In this document: in pieces, positions 54,172-56,568 of the stretch
Layout: every line of letters begins with the position of its first letter
Position numbering within the stretch: the first letter of the stretch is position 1
Assembly: GCA_021161775.1 (NCBI GenBank)
Contig: JAGGZY010000003.1
Coordinates: 1-56,568, forward strand
Source: Dehalococcoidales bacterium
GTDB taxonomy: Bacteria > Chloroflexota > Dehalococcoidia > Dehalococcoidales > UBA5760
DNA length: 56,568 bases
Direction of reading: 5' to 3'
Notes under the pieces: generated by a model
What the model was told of the DNA's origin: nothing
Database searches by the model: none
The model's input: the letters and a program-made list of their open reading frames with translations, nothing else
Made by a program: the position numbers and the translations under genes

Positions 54172-55864
54172 TCAAGCTAAATTGGTTAACATCCACCATC
54201 CCTAAATCAGTAAGCCTAAGTTCAGGAATAACCGGTAGTGCCATAAAGGAAAGGGTAGCCCAGGGTGATGGCAGAGTGGTTCCCAGTTCTTTAGCTATCC
54301 CCTGTAGTTGCTCCAGTTTAGCCGTCACCACCGCTAATGGCTCATCGGAGAGTAGCCCGCAGATAGGTAATGCCAGACTAGCTAGTACCTTGTTCCCATC
54401 AGCAGCTACTAGACCCCCCTGTAGTCGCTCAATCTCCCTGATAGCGGTAAAGATAGCCTCATCACTAGCGCCAACCGCCACAATATTATGCGAATCGTGA
54501 GCCACCGATGACGCCATCGCCCCCCTTCTCAAGCCAAACCCCTTAACCAACCCCAAGCCAATATTACCCGTCATCCGATGCCTTTCCACCACCACCAGCT
54601 TCAGGATATCCCGCTCCGTATCCGATAGAATAACCCCAGCGGATGTTTTAACCCTCTCCAGCCTCCGCCGGGTGACTATCTGATTGGGGATAACCTCAAT
54701 AACCAGTCCCCTTTCCCCTGAGGCAACCAGCCTGAGCGACTCTACAGTATAGGGCTTGATATTTACCGTATGGCAGAGCTTCTCATCCCTGACCTCAGGT
54801 AACGAGAATAAGGGCTTGCCTCCCCTAGCCACTAGCCGACCCCGGTAGAACACCTCATCTATCTGCAGGGTGGACGGGTCATCAATAACTATCAGATTGG
54901 CGATATAACCGGGGGCAATAGCTCCCCATCCGTCCAGTCGAAAATACTCGGCAGGATTGATGGTCGCCAACTGGATCGCCCGCACCGGGTCAAGCCCTCG
55001 CCGTATCGCCTTACGCACCACGGCATCAATATCACCATCGTTAAATAGGTCAACAGCACTACGGTCATCAACCACCAACATACACCGCTTATAGGTCTTA
55101 TCGGTAACCAATGGGAGCAGGGCATCCAGGTTCTTTTCCGAAGAGCCTTCCCTAATCATAATATACATCCCCTGCCTCAGCTTCTCCCTCGCCTCAGCCA
55201 GAGATACCGATTCGTGGTCAGAACCGATGCCGGCGGCAAGGTAGGCAGTAAGCTCCTTTCCCCCTAGCCCGGGGGCATGGCCATCGACCACCTTTCCCCG
55301 CGCCGCCTTAATCTTAGCCAGCATCTGGCTATCACCATTAATTACCCCTGCGAAGTTCATCACCTCCCCCAACCCGATACAGCCCCGCCACCTCAGCACC
55401 CGCCGTATGTCATCAGGGCCAAGATTAGCCCCCGAGGTCTCCAGATGAGTCGCTGGTACGCAGGGAGGAGCCATCAGGAAAAGCTCCATTGGTAAACGGC
55501 GAGCCTGATTCAGCACATATCTAATGCCATCCAATCCGCAAACATTGGCTATCTCGTGGAGGTCAGTTACGATAGCTACAGTACCCCGCGGCACCACTGC
55601 CTGCCCATACTGACCCACATCAAGCATTGAGCTTTCCAGATGGGTATGCCCGTTAATTAACCCCGGGGCGATATATCTACCATCTAAATCCACCACCTCT
55701 CCTGCCTTAGTGTAATCCCCCACCCCAGCAATCCTATCCCCACAAATAGCTACGCTGGCTGATTCTACTTCACCAGTAAATACGTTGAGCACCCTGGCGT
55801 TAGCCAAGATAATATCCGCCGGGAGTTCCCCCTTCGCTACTGAGATTAGTCTGCTCAGCGTCAT
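54161..55864 (-). CDS. ade: Adenine deaminase
   Basis: Contains GLINGHTHLESSM, VVDGHAPG and SVAHDSHNIV, at 567 aa. Confidence 0.9.
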   Translation of the reverse strand: MTLSRLISVAKGELPADIILANARVLNVFTGEVESASVAICGDRIAGVGDYTKAGEVVDLDGRYIAPGLINGHTHLESSMLDVGQYGQAVVPRGTVAIVTDLHEIANVCGLDGIRYVLNQARRLPMELFLMAPPCVPATHLETSGANLGPDDIRRVLRWRGCIGLGEVMNFAGVINGDSQMLAKIKAARGKVVDGHAPGLGGKELTAYLAAGIGSDHESVSLAEAREKLRQGMYIMIREGSSEKNLDALLPLVTDKTYKRCMLVVDDRSAVDLFNDGDIDAVVRKAIRRGLDPVRAIQLATINPAEYFRLDGWGAIAPGYIANLIVIDDPSTLQIDEVFYRGRLVARGGKPLFSLPEVRDEKLCHTVNIKPYTVESLRLVASGERGLVIEVIPNQIVTRRRLERVKTSAGVILSDTERDILKLVVVERHRMTGNIGLGLVKGFGLRRGAMASSVAHDSHNIVAVGASDEAIFTAIREIERLQGGLVAADGNKVLASLALPICGLLSDEPLAVVTAKLEQLQGIAKELGTTLPSPWATLSFMALPVIPELRLTDLGMVDVNQFSLIER

Positions 55865-56395
55865 CTACTCCTCCAGATAACCTATATAGGGCAGATTGCG
55901 AAACTTCTCGTCCCAATCAATGCCATAGCCCACCAGAAACTTGTCGGGAACGGTAAAACCCAGATAGTCGATGGTAACCGGAACCTGCCGCCGGGAGGGC
56001 TTATCCGTCAACGCACATAACCTCACCGAGGCGGGCTGTCGCTTCTTCAGATAGTCAATGAGGAATGAGGTAGTAAGCCCGGTATCCACGACATCCTCAA
56101 CAATTACCACCTCCCGACCCTTAACCGAAGCAGTTAGCCCTCCCACTACCCTGACTTTTCCTGAGGTCTCTTTGCCCCGGCCATAGCTGGATATCTTAAT
56201 AAAATCTACCTCCACCGGAAAATCAAAGCTTCGGATAAGGTCAGCCATAAAGACAAATGACCCTTTAAGAACACCAACTAGCAGGGGATTTTTACCCTGG
56301 TAATCTCGCTTAAGCTCTATTGATAGCCGACTAACGCAAGTTGCTATCTCATCTCGGGCAAATAGAATTTGGGGCTTAGGTTGAGAATTCATCAC
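55865..56395 (-). CDS. hpt: Hypoxanthine phosphoribosyltransferase
   Basis: Contains VVIVEDVVDTGLT and VGYGIDW. The start is GTG at 56395 or ATG at 56392. Confidence 0.92.
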   Translation of the reverse strand: MMNSQPKPQILFARDEIATCVSRLSIELKRDYQGKNPLLVGVLKGSFVFMADLIRSFDFPVEVDFIKISSYGRGKETSGKVRVVGGLTASVKGREVVIVEDVVDTGLTTSFLIDYLKKRQPASVRLCALTDKPSRRQVPVTIDYLGFTVPDKFLVGYGIDWDEKFRNLPYIGYLEE

Positions 56396-56568
56396 TACGA
56401 GAAATTATAATCTTTATCCTCAGGACTGTCTAGCAATTGTATGTACTCGTTCATATGATTAGTGACACATGACCTCCCTTCTTTTTGTTGATATTGTTCC
56501 AGAAACTCCAGTGGTGTGAGATATCCCAGGGCTTGATGAGGTCGGATAGTATATTATACACCTCCTCC
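56396..56568 (-). mobile_element. IS481-family-like insertion sequence, 3-prime end only. The transposase C-terminus enters from the window edge, and the terminal inverted repeat lies at about 56439..56468.
   Basis: The minus-strand frame reads YTIRPHQALGYLTPLEFLEQYQQKEGRS... and stops at 56398..56396. RPHxALGxxTPxEF is the conserved end of rve/DDE integrase cores. The ORF tail past about 56439 is probably read-through into flanking DNA. Confidence 0.7.
56439..56468. repeat. Terminal inverted repeat of the right IS copy
   Basis: Its reverse complement matches 301..330 (see that feature). Confidence 0.6.

Noticed and set aside
1-56568. The window as a closed circle carrying a single IS, since the transposase N-terminus at the start and C-terminus at the end are in consistent orientation
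   Set aside because: Joining the ends gives only about 150 codons with no DDE core and no sequence continuity (…IEAVL / EEVYNI…). The content (dnaE, glyQS, ribosomal and tRNA genes) is chromosomal. Two directly oriented IS copies, or contig breaks in a repeat, fit better.

Overview
A 56.6 kb, densely coded (over 90 percent) chromosomal window with short or overlapping gene junctions and frequent GTG/TTG starts. Almost all of it is housekeeping: pyrF, folC, dtd, nadA/nadC, yajC, miaB, tRNA-Ser, rplY, hpf, dnaE, trxA, pdxST, tmk, mnmA, rnhB, thiE, hppA, glyQS, sbcD and ade/hpt. The gene set suggests a strict anaerobe, possibly Chloroflexota/Dehalococcoidia-like, but that is a low-confidence impression I cannot verify here.

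Both window edges are truncated copies of an IS481-like insertion sequence in the same orientation, and I could pair their terminal inverted repeats by hand.

The most distinctive region is a redox island at about 27.7-39.3 kb with two paralogous NuoE/NuoF modules:
- The first module (28362..34292) has a long, bifurcation-type NuoF homologue. It sits next to a 1205-aa fusion of a NuoG-type N-terminus, a complete GltD-type NAD(P)H/FAD module, and a molybdopterin-oxidoreductase-like domain that lacks the Cys/Sec ligand. It looks like a Stn/Bfu-type transhydrogenase rather than a formate dehydrogenase.
- The second module (35229..39240) has a short NuoF homologue, an M3-type [FeFe]-hydrogenase and a small membrane protein. 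The hydrogenase P1 motif reads TSCSPGW instead of TSCCPxW.

I found no CRISPR array, rRNA, prophage or recognisable defence or toxin-antitoxin system. I do not see a clearly new system. The redox island, an orphan terminator/leader upstream of a SWIM gene, and a few domain-level oddities are the items worth a second look. All calls rest on motif reading by eye, with no searches run.
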